A DNA stretch of 63,970 bases, counting the filler, from Squatina squatina (lineage: Eukaryota), in NCBI GenBank assembly GCA_031763465.1. It is 4 parts of 4 records of this genome, joined end to end, with 100 filler letters (N's around TTAATTAATTAA, not from the genome) between each part and the next. Parts side by side here need not be neighbours in the genome. Positions count along the whole stretch, not along the records: positions 51,027 to 63,970 come from JARFOE010000120.1; 3 more parts are not named here. The stretch is one strand, 5' to 3'. The translations under genes were made by a program, and so were the position numbers. This document shows positions 62,707 through 63,970 of this stretch, in pieces. Positions within the stretch are counted from its first letter, which is position 1. Every line of letters begins with the position of its first letter. The notes under the pieces are model-generated. The model did not search any database. It was not told where the DNA came from and saw nothing but the letters and a program-made list of their open reading frames with translations.

Positions 62707-63853
62707 GTAAGCCAGGTCTGACGCTGAACCCTGTACATAGCAATTTTTGTTGACAATGAAGACTGTTGAGCTAACTTGGGTGCTTTTGAAGCTTGGAGTT
62801 AAACCCTGCTTTGGCGCCAAATGCGTTTCAGTCTGGAGTGCTTGCTTGAATCCTTTTGTCATTCATTGTGAAATCAGCTATTCATTTTTTGTAATGCAGT
62901 TCAGGACTAGGAGTGAATTATAATCTGCCACTAACTGTTGGGTGCGTCTCAACACCAGATTACTGATTGGTCCGCTTGGAGGATAAAACCAGTTTTCTGA
63001 TAGGTCCCCTTGGAGGACAAGACACACCAAGCAGTTTGTCTGGAATTTGTAATTTGATCCTGCCTGCTGTAGACAACCGTGCAATGTTTAATTTGATCCA
63101 GTCTTGCCAGGCTACAGAATGTGGAAGTCTAGTTAGCGTTATGAAGATCCTGTTATCTAGTGTTCTGCAATCGTAATTATAGTTGCCCTTGGCTGGTAAA
63201 ATAAAAGACTTTGAGGTTTTTTTCCCTTCTGGTAGTGATAATTCTTTAATTCTGAATGAAGGGGCCACGTGTGGGGTCCGTGTGCGAGTTGTGTGGGTGT
63301 TCTGCTTATAAGTGCTGGTCCTAAGGTTTCCCCAGAGCTTGTAGCTCTGGATTGTTGCAGATTGGACTGCAGGTTCAGACCGGAACCTTGTGTGGGAGCC
63401 GAGTGCGGTGCAACCAGATTGCTGAGCGGGTGAGCTCGCGAGCACATGGTCGGTATCAGGAGTTGCGTGTGAACCCCATGCCATTGCTGGAGAGTGCGAG
63501 AGGCAGCAGAGCGAGCAGGGCCCTGAGCCCCGACACCATCAAACCCCGGCGTGTGGGGGTGGGGGGTGGGTGCAGGATCACACACGGTCCTGGGCATTTG
63601 CAGAGTTTGTGTGGATCCCGGGGTTTGGTGGTGTTGGGCTTCTGTGTCCTTCTGCGCATGCGGCATTCTGATGGGGGCGACACATTGCTTAGGCCCCGCT
63701 CCCATACGAACACATGCGCAGATGGAAACAACTAATCACAGTGAAATTTGGAGTGGCTCTTGTGAGTGAATTCAGAGAGAAAGGTCGGCAAAGCAGTCCA
63801 GTCTCTCCCAACCTCTGGGCTAATGGCTGATGGATCTGAAGAAGGTAGTGCGC

Positions 63854-63890
63854 AGTTCTGATGACAAGTCAGTGACCTGAAACGTTGACT
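63854..63890 (+). ncRNA. Minimal type I hammerhead ribozyme motif within a Penelope-like terminal repeat
   Basis: AGTT-CTGATGA-C-AAGTC-AGT-GACCT-GAA-ACGT-T-GACT: CUGAUGA and GAAA core, stem II 4 of 5 pairs, palindromic ACGU, stem I AGUU/GACU. Confidence 0.6.
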
Positions 63891-63970
63891 CTGTTTCTCT
63901 CTCCACAGAGGCTGCCTGACCTGCTGAGTGTTTTCCATAGATTAATATATGCGTAGATTAAAGTATAATT

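Noticed and set aside
62960-63769. Overlapping 127-182 aa ORFs in the PTPN11 intron
   Set aside because: GC-rich, no recognisable domains or splice support, open on both strands.

Overview
Eukaryotic, vertebrate DNA, most likely a cartilaginous fish (shark-type CR1 and L2 LINEs, Deu-domain SINEs, Penelope-type ends, GPR139-like receptor). The window is four unrelated scaffolds joined by artificial 100-nt spacers (N44-TTAATTAATTAA-N44 at 20996-21095, 37441-37540, 50927-51026). Segments A and D are chains of small, exon-rich contigs separated by placeholder N gaps, so distances there are not real. A (1-20995): two diverged NOD1 paralogues (one with a frameshift just before the LRR region), NOD1 CARD exons, three ZNFX1 fragments, and two exons of an unusually divergent SNRPB/SmB-like gene. 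B (21096-37440): a decaying mixed tRNA cluster (one apparently intact intron-containing tRNA-Ile(TAT) plus Lys, Ser, Val and Asn pseudogenes), duplicated spacer blocks, a 35-bp minisatellite, and a near-full-length CR1 whose 5' end is an array of 30-bp monomers carrying TCF/LEF-like motifs. C (37541-50926): a two-exon GPR139/142-like GPCR whose intron holds a roughly 1-kb 20/21-bp minisatellite dense in AP-1 consensus sites. D (51027-63970): CORO1C exons, a GC-rich TIR element, a frameshifted TMEM119 exon, a PTPN11 exon, and a near-intact minimal hammerhead ribozyme motif. No prokaryotic system or CRISPR array is supported. All homology calls are from recalled reference sequences and manual translation, not database searches.
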